This document shows, piece after piece, positions 9,675 to 19,038 of a DNA stretch of 39,655 nucleotides. This DNA is from a virus (taxonomy: Duplodnaviria; Caudoviricetes). The stretch is taken from IMG/VR virus record IMGVR_UViG_3300032295_000873, positions 1 to 39,655 of that record; one strand, 5' to 3'. Under the pieces are notes generated by a model. The model ran no database searches, had not been told where the DNA came from, and was given only the letters and a program-made list of their open reading frames with translations. The position numbers and the translations under genes were made by a program. Position 1 is the stretch's first letter. Every line of letters begins with the position of its first letter.

Positions 9675-11236
9675 TGTCAATGAGCGGTATGGGGTTTTCG
9701 AAACCTCCTAAAAAAACTGACACACAAATAATTCAAGACAGCATAAATAAACTTAATAAGAAACTTACTTCATATAGTGGACCTGATGCTAAGTTAAAAA
9801 AACTTACTGTTGGTACTCCAGAATATATTAAAGTTGCTGCTGAGGCTAAAAAATTAAGAGATGATATTAATGTTCTTAATGTAAAACTTGCTACATCTAA
9901 AAGAACTGCAGTTCAAGATGCATTACAAAAAGCAAGAGATTCTGGTAATAGCGATGAAGTGGCTAGAAGAACAGAAGAACTTGCTGGATTAAATGCAACT
10001 ATTAATAATCCTGGTGACCCTAAAATTACTGGACCTCAATTTGTAGAGGGTGATGATTTAGGTAATGGTATTAGAGAAGCAGGATTAATTGTAGATACTG
10101 ACCCAGATACTGGCGAAAGTATGATTAAGTCTGATTCACAATCATGGGCACAGGCTGGACAAGAACACCTTATATGGGTAAATAAAGATGGAACAAATAC
10201 TAAAGTAAATATTAATGCTGGAGTTAATGCTTTACAAAAATTAATTCTTGAAGATGCTCAAAAACAACCAGGTGGATTACAGTCTTTATTTGACAGAATG
10301 CTTAAAGCAAGATTAATTTCAAAACAAACTTATGATTCAAAATCAACTACAAGTAATGAATTTACTAAAGGTCTTCTTTACTCTTTAAGAGAGTTTAGCA
10401 AGAAAACTGTTCGTGATTATGAACTATCTGGCGTTAAAGTACCAATGACGTTTGATGAATATCTTGATAAAGAGTTCAAACCAGAAGGTCCAAAGGTAAG
10501 TTATGATTCAGTAACTACTACTCGTGTTACTGCAGCATCTGATTTAAATAGATTCTTTATACAGTATCTTGGTACTGGTGCTAGCAAAGAACAGCACGAT
10601 GAATATTATAAAGAACTAAGAGCCTTAGAAAGAAAGGCTATTAGAACTACTACAACAAGTGGGAATAGTCAGAATTTTGCTGGTGAGTTTCTTGATGACA
10701 TGGATAAAATGGAAGTCATGCGTAAGGTTGCTGGTAAAGCCCTTGAAGGTACTAACATTGATACAGTATTAAAGGCTGGTGCTGGAGCAGCACAGGCTGT
10801 CAATGGTGTATTAGCCTATGCTCGTTCATATGGCGTTAATCTTAGCAATAAAGATGCTTTAAATTATGTAGCCAATGAATTAAAATTAGGCCAAGGCGAT
10901 ACTAAAAAAATCAATGCAAAGATATTGGCTATATCAAAATCTACCTATAGTAATTTATCTGACTCACTCTCAGAAGATGTTAATCTAAAAGAATTATCTA
11001 GTAACTTTATCTATAACATGGGAAAGACTTTAGAAATAAACCCAGACGCTATTGATGCTTTAGACCCAACAATTCAAACAGCACTTAAGAACAATGGAAA
11101 CAAGGGAACAATGAACTTAACTGATTTTGATAGGATGTTGCGTAATGACGCACGCTGGGCCAGAACAAGTAACGCTAGAGAAGAAGCATCTAAGTATGCT
11201 ATAGAGGTCCTTAAGGACTTCGGATTGATGGCATAA
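9674..11236 (+). CDS. Probable internal virion protein
   Basis: 520 aa, translationally coupled (TAATG) to neighbours; function inferred from context. Confidence 0.55.
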   Translation: MSMSGMGFSKPPKKTDTQIIQDSINKLNKKLTSYSGPDAKLKKLTVGTPEYIKVAAEAKKLRDDINVLNVKLATSKRTAVQDALQKARDSGNSDEVARRTEELAGLNATINNPGDPKITGPQFVEGDDLGNGIREAGLIVDTDPDTGESMIKSDSQSWAQAGQEHLIWVNKDGTNTKVNINAGVNALQKLILEDAQKQPGGLQSLFDRMLKARLISKQTYDSKSTTSNEFTKGLLYSLREFSKKTVRDYELSGVKVPMTFDEYLDKEFKPEGPKVSYDSVTTTRVTAASDLNRFFIQYLGTGASKEQHDEYYKELRALERKAIRTTTTSGNSQNFAGEFLDDMDKMEVMRKVAGKALEGTNIDTVLKAGAGAAQAVNGVLAYARSYGVNLSNKDALNYVANELKLGQGDTKKINAKILAISKSTYSNLSDSLSEDVNLKELSSNFIYNMGKTLEINPDAIDALDPTIQTALKNNGNKGTMNLTDFDRMLRNDARWARTSNAREEASKYAIEVLKDFGLMA

Positions 11237-12432
11237 TGGCAACCAGTGCTAATCAAAGAGAAAATAGAATTCCCGCTCCTAAACCTGTTTATAATCCTTT
11301 ATCTGGAATAGTTACTAAACCTGTAGCCTCTGCTGCTAAACCTGCTGCTAAACCTGTTGTTGTTTCTAAACCTAAAACCGATGCAGAGATATCTAAAACT
11401 GCAGATGATATATTAAGACAACTTGGAGAAGCGGGTGTCCGTGTTGATGAGCAAGAAAAAAGAGTAGCAGCATTATTAAAAGAAGAACAAGATAGATTAA
11501 GTAGAGTAGCAGCAGGTCAAGCAGAATTAGATAAAAAAGCAAAAGAAGATGAGATAAGTAAAGATACTAGAAATGCTTTTGCTATCCTTAAAGATACATT
11601 TTCTTTTTATGGTTTAGATTCTTTGGCAGATGAGATTTCTAAATATATGAAAGAAGGACTAGGAACTGGTGAGGCTACAATTAGATTAAAGCAATCTAAA
11701 GCCTATACAGACCGTTTCAAAGGTAATGAATTACGTCGTGCTGCAGGGCTTAATGCAATTGACGAAGCAGCGTATTTAGACTTAGAAAACAGTTATTCAG
11801 AAACTTTAAAAGCCTATGGATTACAAGATTACTTTGGTGTGGGCGTAACCCCTGCTCAGCGTTTAACTCGTCAACAGGCAATGGCAGAAGTAATTGGCAA
11901 AGATGTATCTGCTATTGAATTTAAAGACAGAGTATCTACATCAGTAAGTAGAGTTAAGATGGCTGACCAATCGACAAAAGATGCTTTCCAAAAATTCTAT
12001 GGTATTGGTGAAACAGAACTTGTTAAATATTTCTTAGACCCAGCAAAAAGTTTAGCAAGTCTTAAAGAGAAGGCAACTGCTGCCGAAATTGGTGGTGCCG
12101 CAATTGGTCAAGGATTACCTGCAACTATGACATCGGCTGAAGACTTGGCTAGATTTGGTATTAATAGAGAACAAGCACAAGTAGGATATGGCACAATTGC
12201 AGAAGAGTTACCTGTTGCTTCTAAACTTAGCAACATATATTCTCAAGAGGGTGTTACTTATACTCAAGCAGATGCAGAATCTGCAACCTTTAAAGGTTTA
12301 GCATCTGCTAAGCGAAAGAAAGAAACATTAGTAGCCCGTGAAAAGGCAGAATTCCAAGGTTCATCTGGCGTGGGTGCAGCAGGGTTATCAACTACATACT
12401 TGCGTAGAGGTTCCTCAGCAGGTCAGTTCTAA
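11236..12432 (+). CDS. Probable internal virion protein
   Basis: 398 aa, coupled start, Ala/Lys/Glu-rich helical. Confidence 0.55.
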   Translation: MATSANQRENRIPAPKPVYNPLSGIVTKPVASAAKPAAKPVVVSKPKTDAEISKTADDILRQLGEAGVRVDEQEKRVAALLKEEQDRLSRVAAGQAELDKKAKEDEISKDTRNAFAILKDTFSFYGLDSLADEISKYMKEGLGTGEATIRLKQSKAYTDRFKGNELRRAAGLNAIDEAAYLDLENSYSETLKAYGLQDYFGVGVTPAQRLTRQQAMAEVIGKDVSAIEFKDRVSTSVSRVKMADQSTKDAFQKFYGIGETELVKYFLDPAKSLASLKEKATAAEIGGAAIGQGLPATMTSAEDLARFGINREQAQVGYGTIAEELPVASKLSNIYSQEGVTYTQADAESATFKGLASAKRKKETLVAREKAEFQGSSGVGAAGLSTTYLRRGSSAGQF

Positions 12433-12440
12433 ATAGATTC

Positions 12441-12530
12441 CCTACACGGATAGACCAGCCCCGTGAGGTGTATAAGTCTGGTAGCAAGAGCCAACCAATT
12501 TCCCCGAATTGACTTGAGGCTTGCGACTAA
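12441..12530 (+). promoter_or_regulatory. Structured leader upstream of scaffold/capsid genes (possible pseudoknot)
   Basis: CACGG/CCGTG stem (12445-49/12461-65); loop ACCAG pairs with CTGGT (12478-82); second stem GCAAG.GCC/GGCTTGC. Confidence 0.45.
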
Positions 12531-12558
12531 TCAACGAATAGAAGGGTGGGTGGTTGCT

Positions 12559-13038
12559 ATGAGCAACAACTACTGGGATGAAGAAGAAGAAGACGACCTA
12601 GATACCGACACAAATGTGGGTGATGGCAGTGACTTACTTAAAAAGTTACGTAAAGCCAAACGTGCAGATGAAAAACGTATTAAGGAACTCACAGAGCAAC
12701 TTGAGGGATTATCCAAGGTGCAGCGTGAGCGTACTATTAAAGAAGTCCTGGAAAAGAAGGGCGTAAACGCTAAGGCTGCAAGGCTTATTATCAAAGACTT
12801 AGAAGACATTAACGAAGAGACAGTGAATAACTGGCTCGATGATAATGCTGATTTGTTTGGATTAAAAGTTGCAGAGCCTGTAAATCCTGAGCAAGAGAAT
12901 AATCGAGCAGCCTTACGGCAGCAAGATGTTCTTACTCAGAATGCGTTAACCCCTGAACGCACGGAGGATTTACAAACAAAAATATCTAATGCCGAATCAG
13001 CAGAAGAAATTCTTGCTATCCTCCAAGCAAATCAATAA
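12559..13038 (+). CDS. Capsid scaffolding protein
   Basis: Acidic N-terminus plus coiled coil, directly upstream of capsid; ATG 12559 preferred over GTG 12463. Confidence 0.75.
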   Translation: MSNNYWDEEEEDDLDTDTNVGDGSDLLKKLRKAKRADEKRIKELTEQLEGLSKVQRERTIKEVLEKKGVNAKAARLIIKDLEDINEETVNNWLDDNADLFGLKVAEPVNPEQENNRAALRQQDVLTQNALTPERTEDLQTKISNAESAEEILAILQANQ

Positions 13039-13078
13039 AACAAATCATAGTTTCTAGTCACTTGGAGGTGACAACACA

Positions 13079-14284
13079 ATGCCTAATGCATACACAGGAA
13101 TAGGTTCTGCCACTCTTGGCGGTACCGTAGGTGGTGCAGGTCTTGTCCAGCAAGCGTATGACCGCTTATTGGAGTTCGCTCTCCGTTCTGAACCACTAAT
13201 TCGTTCAGTCGCAGATAAAACACCTGCCCGTCAATCAATCCCAGGTTCAACCGTAGTTCTACAGAAGTACGTTGACTTGGCACAAAAGACATCTACTCTA
13301 TCTGAGACAACTGACCCAGATGCAGTAGCACTATCAACACCAACAACAGTTTCTATTACTCTTAACGAGTACGGTAACTCAGTGTTGGTAACACGTGCGT
13401 TGGAACTATTCAGCCTTGCTGATGTAGACCCAGCAATCGCAAACATTATTGCTTACAACCTAGCAGATTCTATCGATGCAGTAGCAATGGAAACATTGCG
13501 TGGCGGAGATAACAAGATTTTCTCAGGTGCTACAGCAACATCTACAGTAACAGTTACAGCAGCAGCAACAATTGACTCAGCAGACATCCGTAGGGCTGTC
13601 GCTAAGTTACGTTCTGCTAAGGCTGTAGCACGTAAGGGTTCACTATACTGGGCTGGTATCCACCCAGAGGTATCCCATGACCTACGTGCAGAGTCATCAT
13701 CTGGCCAAGGCTGGCTACTTCCTAACCAATACGGTTCTTCACAGGACCGCATCTGGGCTGGAGAAATTGGTAACTACGAAGGTGCATTCTATATTGAATC
13801 ACCACGTCTTTACTCAGCCAAGGATGGTGCTGACCAATCAACATTAGCAACAACAGCAGTAACAGTAGCAGGAACATCAGCAGGATTTACATTCGGCGTT
13901 GCTTCTTCTGCAGTAATTGCTAGCCGTGCTGAGGTTGGAGACAAGATTTCAGGAACAGGTGTTGCTTCAGGTGCAAAAATCACCGCAATTTCAACATCAG
14001 GTTCAACAACAACATTCACTGTAGACACAGCAAACACTGCTGCAGTTACAGCGACAACAGTTGTAACCGTAACTCCTGTAACTCGTGTATTCCGTACAAT
14101 TATTGCAGGCCAGCAAGCAATGGCACAAGCCGTTGCCGAAGAGCCACATGTAGTTATCGGACCAGTAGTTGACAAGTTAATGCGTCATCGCCCAATGGGT
14201 TGGTATGGCGTTCTTGGCTTTGCTCGCTACCGTGAAGAAGCACTGTATCGAATCGAATCAGGTTCATCAATCGCTGCTCTTTAG
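13079..14284 (+). CDS. Major capsid protein (HK97 fold, N4-gp56-like)
   Basis: Strong RBS GGAGGTG; TLNEYGN, IHPEVSHDLR, GEIGNYEG and MGWYGVLG motifs; followed by a hairpin. Confidence 0.9.
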   Translation: MPNAYTGIGSATLGGTVGGAGLVQQAYDRLLEFALRSEPLIRSVADKTPARQSIPGSTVVLQKYVDLAQKTSTLSETTDPDAVALSTPTTVSITLNEYGNSVLVTRALELFSLADVDPAIANIIAYNLADSIDAVAMETLRGGDNKIFSGATATSTVTVTAAATIDSADIRRAVAKLRSAKAVARKGSLYWAGIHPEVSHDLRAESSSGQGWLLPNQYGSSQDRIWAGEIGNYEGAFYIESPRLYSAKDGADQSTLATTAVTVAGTSAGFTFGVASSAVIASRAEVGDKISGTGVASGAKITAISTSGSTTTFTVDTANTAAVTATTVVTVTPVTRVFRTIIAGQQAMAQAVAEEPHVVIGPVVDKLMRHRPMGWYGVLGFARYREEALYRIESGSSIAAL

Positions 14285-14291
14285 TAGCAAT

Positions 14292-14323
14292 GAGGGGTGG
14301 GGCTTACGCCCTGCCCCTCTCTT
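14292..14323 (+). terminator. Hairpin after capsid gene (terminator/attenuator)
   Basis: GAGGGGTGGGGC-TTAC-GCCCTGCCCCTC with two G.U pairs; weak U tail. Confidence 0.65.
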
Positions 14324-14337
14324 AATAAAGGACTAAA

Positions 14338-14607
14338 ATGACTACATATATTTTTGATACACCAATAGTTAGAGAAGGTCCAGCGGGTGGACACCGCCTA
14401 TTTTACTTTTATAAATTAAATCGTGGGATAACTATTATCCGAGATAACGGGATATACAAGCAGGTACGCTACTTAGTAGATGAAGACTTGCAGAATTACC
14501 AAGAGGTTTATCTTGGTGGAAGCCGTCACATAGTTGACGATGCTACAAAGGCTAGATTAATAGCAGCCAATGTTGGGGTAACGGAAGAAAATTTTATAGC
14601 ACAATGA
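14338..14607 (+). CDS. Hypothetical protein
   Basis: 89 aa, RBS AAGGA. Confidence 0.75.
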   Translation: MTTYIFDTPIVREGPAGGHRLFYFYKLNRGITIIRDNGIYKQVRYLVDEDLQNYQEVYLGGSRHIVDDATKARLIAANVGVTEENFIAQ

Positions 14608-14921
14608 GTTTGCATCAATTAAGAACACATCCAGAATTTGTAGAAGATTGCTTTGGATGCAAGATAAGCACACTAGAATTAAGTACAGGTGATGCTAATG
14701 GTAGAGCATCTATGCCATTACGTAAGTGGGAGGGCGAACTGCAAGCATATAGAGATGCTCGTAAACAGGGTATCCAGCCAGCAGGAACTACTATGGCTAA
14801 AATAGAAGCAGCACAGAAAGCATCAGAGAATTTGGGTAGGGCTTACAACGCTGAGAAGGACCCAAATGCTAGACACATAGATAAAAAAACCGCTAAAACA
14901 ATTAACGAACTAGGAGCATAA
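14604..14921 (+). CDS. Hypothetical protein (His/CxxC N-terminus)
   Basis: 105 aa, overlapping start, H...H...CFGC. Confidence 0.7.
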   Translation: MSLHQLRTHPEFVEDCFGCKISTLELSTGDANGRASMPLRKWEGELQAYRDARKQGIQPAGTTMAKIEAAQKASENLGRAYNAEKDPNARHIDKKTAKTINELGA

Positions 14922-14922
14922 T

Positions 14923-15057
14923 ATGCCAATGGTAGACGGAAAGAAGTTCCCTTACACAATGAAGGGCAAGGCTATGGCTAAGAAAGCAGCCAAAAAGTCA
15001 GACAAGAAAATGGTTATGAAAAAAACTGCAATGAAAAAAATGGGTAAGAAGAAGTAA
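14923..15057 (+). CDS. Small Lys/Met-rich protein (44 aa; absent from ORF track)
   Basis: MPMVDGKKFPYTMKGKAMAKKAAKKSDKKMVMKKTAMKKMGKKK; RBS AGGAG. Confidence 0.75.
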   Translation: MPMVDGKKFPYTMKGKAMAKKAAKKSDKKMVMKKTAMKKMGKKK

Positions 15058-15058
15058 C

Positions 15059-15298
15059 ATGGCTGCTAAGAAAAAGATTACTTTAAAAGATATTGCTAAT
15101 CGACTGGAAACATTGCAAGATAGAAATGCCAAAAAGTCAGTTCCTATTCCTAAACGTATGGGTGCTGGTGACCCTAATTATATTAAAAATATGATTGCTG
15201 CTGGCAAGGCTAGACGAGCACAACTACCAAAAACGACAGCAAACGATAATTCATATGTTGATAGAATGTATGGACCTATTGCTGGTTCAGGAAAGTAA
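15059..15298 (+). CDS. Small basic protein
   Basis: 79 aa, MAAKKK start, tight packing. Confidence 0.7.
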   Translation: MAAKKKITLKDIANRLETLQDRNAKKSVPIPKRMGAGDPNYIKNMIAAGKARRAQLPKTTANDNSYVDRMYGPIAGSGK

Positions 15299-15307
15299 AG
15301 GATTAAT

Positions 15308-15499
15308 ATGGCAATGCCTAAGAAGAAATTAACGGACAGCCAAAAGCGTGAAGAGATTCTTAAGCAACATCAAAAAAGAATATCTCCTTCAGGTGTGGCT
15401 GCCGCTGAGGCTGCTGCTAAAGCAGCGCTTGAAAAGAAATATCCAGGACTGTTTATACCTGAAACTAAAATTTCAGCACCTGGACGTAGAGGTAGATAA
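15308..15499 (+). CDS. Small basic protein
   Basis: 63 aa, RBS AAGGA. Confidence 0.7.
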   Translation: MAMPKKKLTDSQKREEILKQHQKRISPSGVAAAEAAAKAALEKKYPGLFIPETKISAPGRRGR

Positions 15500-15672
15500 T
15501 GAAAGCCAAAAAGGGAATGGGCTTCAAAACAGCCCAGAAGCAGATTGCAAAGAAGCAAGGAATATCTATGGCAGGTGCTGGCGCTATCTTGGCTGCGGGT
15601 GCAAGGAAAGCAAGTAAGTCTGCTAAGAAAAAAAATCCAAACCTATTAAAGGTTAAGGGTAAGAAAAAATAA
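15499..15672 (+). CDS. Small Lys-rich protein (57 aa; absent from ORF track)
   Basis: MKAKKGMGFKTAQKQIAKKQG...KVKGKKK; TAATG coupling on both sides. Confidence 0.75.
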   Translation: MKAKKGMGFKTAQKQIAKKQGISMAGAGAILAAGARKASKSAKKKNPNLLKVKGKKK

Positions 15673-15833
15673 TGGCATCATCTGGCAGTTATAAGCGCCA
15701 TGATGGTTTTAATCCAGTTCAAATTAAAGATGGCCTAGTGGTTCGTATAAATAAAAATGGAACCATTAGGTCTATTCTTGGAAGGTACGGGGAGCATGGC
15801 AAAGACAGCAGCATGGCAAAGAAAAGAAGGTAA
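15672..15833 (+). CDS. Small basic protein (53 aa; absent from ORF track)
   Basis: MASSGSYKRHDGFNPVQIKDG...; TAATG coupling. Confidence 0.65.
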   Translation: MASSGSYKRHDGFNPVQIKDGLVVRINKNGTIRSILGRYGEHGKDSSMAKKRR

Positions 15834-16092
15834 GAATCCTAAGGGTGGACTTAACGCTAAGGGCAGAGCATCTTACAAGGGTGGAACACTCAAGGCGCCC
15901 GTGAAAAGCGGCGACAACCCCCGTAGAGCCTCATTCTTGGCCCGTATGGGCGGGATGCCAGGACCTGAGCGTAAGCCTGATGGCTCACCAACAAGATTAC
16001 TTTTATCACTACAAGCATGGGGTGCTAGTTCAAAGTCAGATGCTAAGGCTAAGGCAGCAGCAATCTCTAAAAGAAATAAGAGTAAGAAGTAA
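15796..16092 (+). CDS. Basic protein, DUF6321-like
   Basis: AWQRKEGKNPKGGLNAKGRASY...RRASFLARMGG recalled family pattern; RBS GGGGAG before ATG 15796. Confidence 0.65.
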   Translation: MAKTAAWQRKEGKNPKGGLNAKGRASYKGGTLKAPVKSGDNPRRASFLARMGGMPGPERKPDGSPTRLLLSLQAWGASSKSDAKAKAAAISKRNKSKK

Positions 16093-16277
16093 TGGCAGCG
16101 AAGAAGGCTAAGTCTAAAGTTAATGCCGCTGGTAACTACACCAAGCCTGGTATGAGAGCATCATTGTTTAAGAAGATTAAGGCTGGCTCAAAGGGCGGAG
16201 ACCCTGGGGAATGGTCAGCACGTAAAGCACAACTACTTGCTGTGCAATACAAGAAGGCTGGCGGAGGATACAAGTAA
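16092..16277 (+). CDS. Basic protein, DUF5872-like N-terminal half
   Basis: NYTKP...IKAGSKGG.PGEWSARKAQLLA..YKKAGGGY. Confidence 0.7.
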   Translation: MAAKKAKSKVNAAGNYTKPGMRASLFKKIKAGSKGGDPGEWSARKAQLLAVQYKKAGGGYK

Positions 16278-16513
16278 TGGCCCTTGCTAAGTCTCAAGCA
16301 TCACTTAAGAAGTGGACTGCTCAGAAGTGGAAAACTTCTGATGGTAAACCATCTAAAGGCAAGAAAAGATATTTACCTGAAAAAGCATGGGCTGCATTAA
16401 GTTCTGCCGAGAAGGCTGCAACCAATAAGGCTAAGGCTGCTGGTAATAAACGGGGCAAACAATTTGTTAAACAACCTAAATCAATAGCCAAAAAAACATC
16501 TAAGTACAGATAA
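16277..16513 (+). CDS. Basic protein, DUF5872-like C-terminal half
   Basis: SLKKWT.QKW...RYLPEKAW..LS..EK.ATN..K...GKQFV. Confidence 0.7.
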   Translation: MALAKSQASLKKWTAQKWKTSDGKPSKGKKRYLPEKAWAALSSAEKAATNKAKAAGNKRGKQFVKQPKSIAKKTSKYR

Positions 16514-16524
16514 GGTAAATTATA

Positions 16525-17439
16525 ATGTCAACCCTACAAGATATGACTGATGAGGTTCTTATCAACCTTGCTGGCTATACGCTACAGCAAGATAAGTCTA
16601 CACATCTTACTGCAGCATTAGCCACTACCACATCTACAATTGCTAGCCCTACAATTTTACAACTTGCAAGTACAGACCTTGGTAAAGGTACTGTTGAAAT
16701 TGGCGAAGAATTATTATGGATTGACTCCTTTGACCGTATTGCTAATACAGCCACTGTATCTCCGTATGGTCGTGGGTATCTAGGTACTACCGCAGCCACT
16801 GCTGCTGCTGGAACTAGGGTAGTTATCAGCCCAACCTTCCCACGTTATGTAGTTAAGAAGGCTATCAACGATACTATCCGTGCCTTAGGCGCATCTATTT
16901 TTGCAGTTAAACAAGCAACCTTTACATACAATGCAGCAATTACTACATATGAATTAGAGAATAAAAATATTAGAAACATTTTAACAATGCACTGGGAAAG
17001 TATTGGCCCATCTAAAGAATGGATTCGTGTTAAGAGATTTGACTTTGATGCTTTGCCAGAGATTAACACTTGGGGTGCAACAACTCAGACAGTAACTATC
17101 GGTGACATTATTACCCCAGGTAGAACTGTAAAGGTTGTCTATGCTACAGAGCCAGAAACATTAAGTTCTAACTCAGATGTATTTACAACTGTTACTGGAT
17201 TACCTGAATCAGTTCGTGATGTAGTAATTATTGGTGCAGCATACAGATTACTTACATATCTTGACCCAGCCCGTTCTGCAATGGTTAGCCCACAAGCAGA
17301 TGAGACAGACTCAAAGCGTCCATTTGGTTCATCTGGAAATTCAACAAGACAACTCTTTGCTCTATACACACAACGTTTGGCAGAGGAAACAAAAGCACAA
17401 CAGCAACAGTATCCAGCCAGAGTTCACTACAGCCGATAG
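16525..17439 (+). CDS. Probable head-tail adaptor / tail tubular protein A
   Basis: 304 aa, first gene of the tail module; inferred from position and helical N/C termini. Confidence 0.55.
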   Translation: MSTLQDMTDEVLINLAGYTLQQDKSTHLTAALATTTSTIASPTILQLASTDLGKGTVEIGEELLWIDSFDRIANTATVSPYGRGYLGTTAATAAAGTRVVISPTFPRYVVKKAINDTIRALGASIFAVKQATFTYNAAITTYELENKNIRNILTMHWESIGPSKEWIRVKRFDFDALPEINTWGATTQTVTIGDIITPGRTVKVVYATEPETLSSNSDVFTTVTGLPESVRDVVIIGAAYRLLTYLDPARSAMVSPQADETDSKRPFGSSGNSTRQLFALYTQRLAEETKAQQQQYPARVHYSR

Positions 17440-17447
17440 GAACATAA

Positions 17448-19019
17448 ATGACAACACGTAAATACTCATCCCGCTCACAGCAAACTACATTAACATCAGC
17501 CATTACGGCTGGTGCTACTACTATGGTTGTTGGTTCTGGTACATCACTACTAGGTGGTGCAACAGTAACTGGAACCGAAAGGTTCACAGTAGTAATTGAC
17601 CCAGATACAGCCCTTGAAGAAATTGTAGATGTCAGTTTAGTATCAACTAATACCCTAACCATAGCCCGTGGTATTGAGGTTGGTGGTACAGGTCAGGCTC
17701 ATTCTGCTGGTGCAGTAGTTAGACATATGGCAATTGGCCGTGACTATCGTGAGGCCAACCTACACATTGAAGCAACTGGTGCTTATAACGATGGAACTGG
17801 TACTCATGCTATGCATGGTATTGCTTCAGGTGAAGGTGATGTAGTAGGTACCCTTAAGGCACAAACCCTTACAAATAAAACTTTAACATCTCCTACAATT
17901 ACTAACCCAACAATTACTTCTGGTGCTGGGGCAGAGTTTACCTCTATTATATTTGAAGGTGCTACTGCAGATAATTTTGAAACTACACTTACAGTAACAG
18001 ACCCTACTCAAGATAATACAATTACTTTACCTAATACAACTGGTACTGTTGTAATTGCAGATGCTACTCAAACTTTAACTAACAAAACTTTAACTAGTCC
18101 TACTATTTCAGGTAGCCCAACCATTACTGGTTTATCTAGTGCAGGTATGTCAGCAACATCTGCTACTCCAAAGGATTATGTAGATAACATTCTAGGTTCA
18201 GCAACAGCAGCATCTACTTCGGCTACTTCAGCCGCAGCCAGTGCTACAGCCGCTGCTACCTCCGCTACTAGTGCAGCAGCCAGCGCAACCGCTGCAGTAA
18301 CTAGTGCTACCTCTGCTTCTAATAGTGCCACAGCAGCCTCTACAAGCGCCTCTAGCGCTTCTACAAGCCAGACTGCTGCAGCAACCTCAGCGACATCTGC
18401 TGCTGCTTCTGCTACCGCTGCTGCTACTAGCGCAACTAGTTCTGCAACAAGTGCTAGTGCTGCTGCTACATCTGCTACTAGTGCATCTAATTCTGTAACA
18501 TCTGCTCAGACTTCAGCAACCTCCGCTGCTGCAAGCGCTACTGCCGCTACCACTTCGGCTACTAGTGCTAGCAACTCTGCTACTGCTGCTGCTTCTTCGG
18601 CCACTGCTGCTGCAACTTCAGCATCAAGTGCTGCTACATCTGCATCAAGTGCTGCTACAACTTATGATAATTTTGATGACCGATACTTGGGTTCTAAAAC
18701 TACAGCCCCAACTGTAGATAATGATGGCGATGCTTTAATTACTGGTGCATTATATTTCAACTCAGTAACTGGAGTTATGGGAGTATGGTCAGGTTCTGCT
18801 TGGGTTGCTATCAATACAACAAGTACATACTCAGCACCAACCCTTGGCTCAACTCTTATTCCATCTGGAACAACCGTAACAACTCTTGCGGGATTAAGTT
18901 TAACAGCACCAACCTTAACTGGAACAGTAACTGCTAGTGGAGATATTAATTTATCTGCAGCAGGTGGCCCAGGAAGTCTAATAGATGAACTAACATTGCT
19001 TCTTATGGGAGCACTTTAA
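17448..19019 (+). CDS. Tail fiber protein with Ala/Ser/Thr repeats
   Basis: Two QTLTNKTLTSPTI repeats, long SATAAATSA(T/S) repeat tract, YDNFDDRYLG motif. Confidence 0.75.
   Translation: MTTRKYSSRSQQTTLTSAITAGATTMVVGSGTSLLGGATVTGTERFTVVIDPDTALEEIVDVSLVSTNTLTIARGIEVGGTGQAHSAGAVVRHMAIGRDYREANLHIEATGAYNDGTGTHAMHGIASGEGDVVGTLKAQTLTNKTLTSPTITNPTITSGAGAEFTSIIFEGATADNFETTLTVTDPTQDNTITLPNTTGTVVIADATQTLTNKTLTSPTISGSPTITGLSSAGMSATSATPKDYVDNILGSATAASTSATSAAASATAAATSATSAAASATAAVTSATSASNSATAASTSASSASTSQTAAATSATSAAASATAAATSATSSATSASAAATSATSASNSVTSAQTSATSAAASATAATTSATSASNSATAAASSATAAATSASSAATSASSAATTYDNFDDRYLGSKTTAPTVDNDGDALITGALYFNSVTGVMGVWSGSAWVAINTTSTYSAPTLGSTLIPSGTTVTTLAGLSLTAPTLTGTVTASGDINLSAAGGPGSLIDELTLLLMGAL
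18196..18660 (+). repeat. Degenerate coding repeat (about 7/14-aa period, SATAAATSATSAAA)
   Basis: Periodic at protein level, codon-diverged at DNA level. Confidence 0.85.
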
Positions 19020-19038
19020 CAAGGAAAGGTAGTAACTA

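Noticed and set aside
12441-12483. HDV-like or twister ribozyme
   Set aside because: Topology is loosely HDV-like but the catalytic C and P1.1/P4 elements are missing; twister consensus not met
12463-12558. N-terminal extension of the scaffold ORF
   Set aside because: Overlaps the structured leader; ATG 12559 has a purine-rich RBS and gives a typical acidic start
18196-18660. CRISPR array or DNA tandem repeat
   Set aside because: The repeat is at the amino-acid level within an ORF; no identical repeats with spacers
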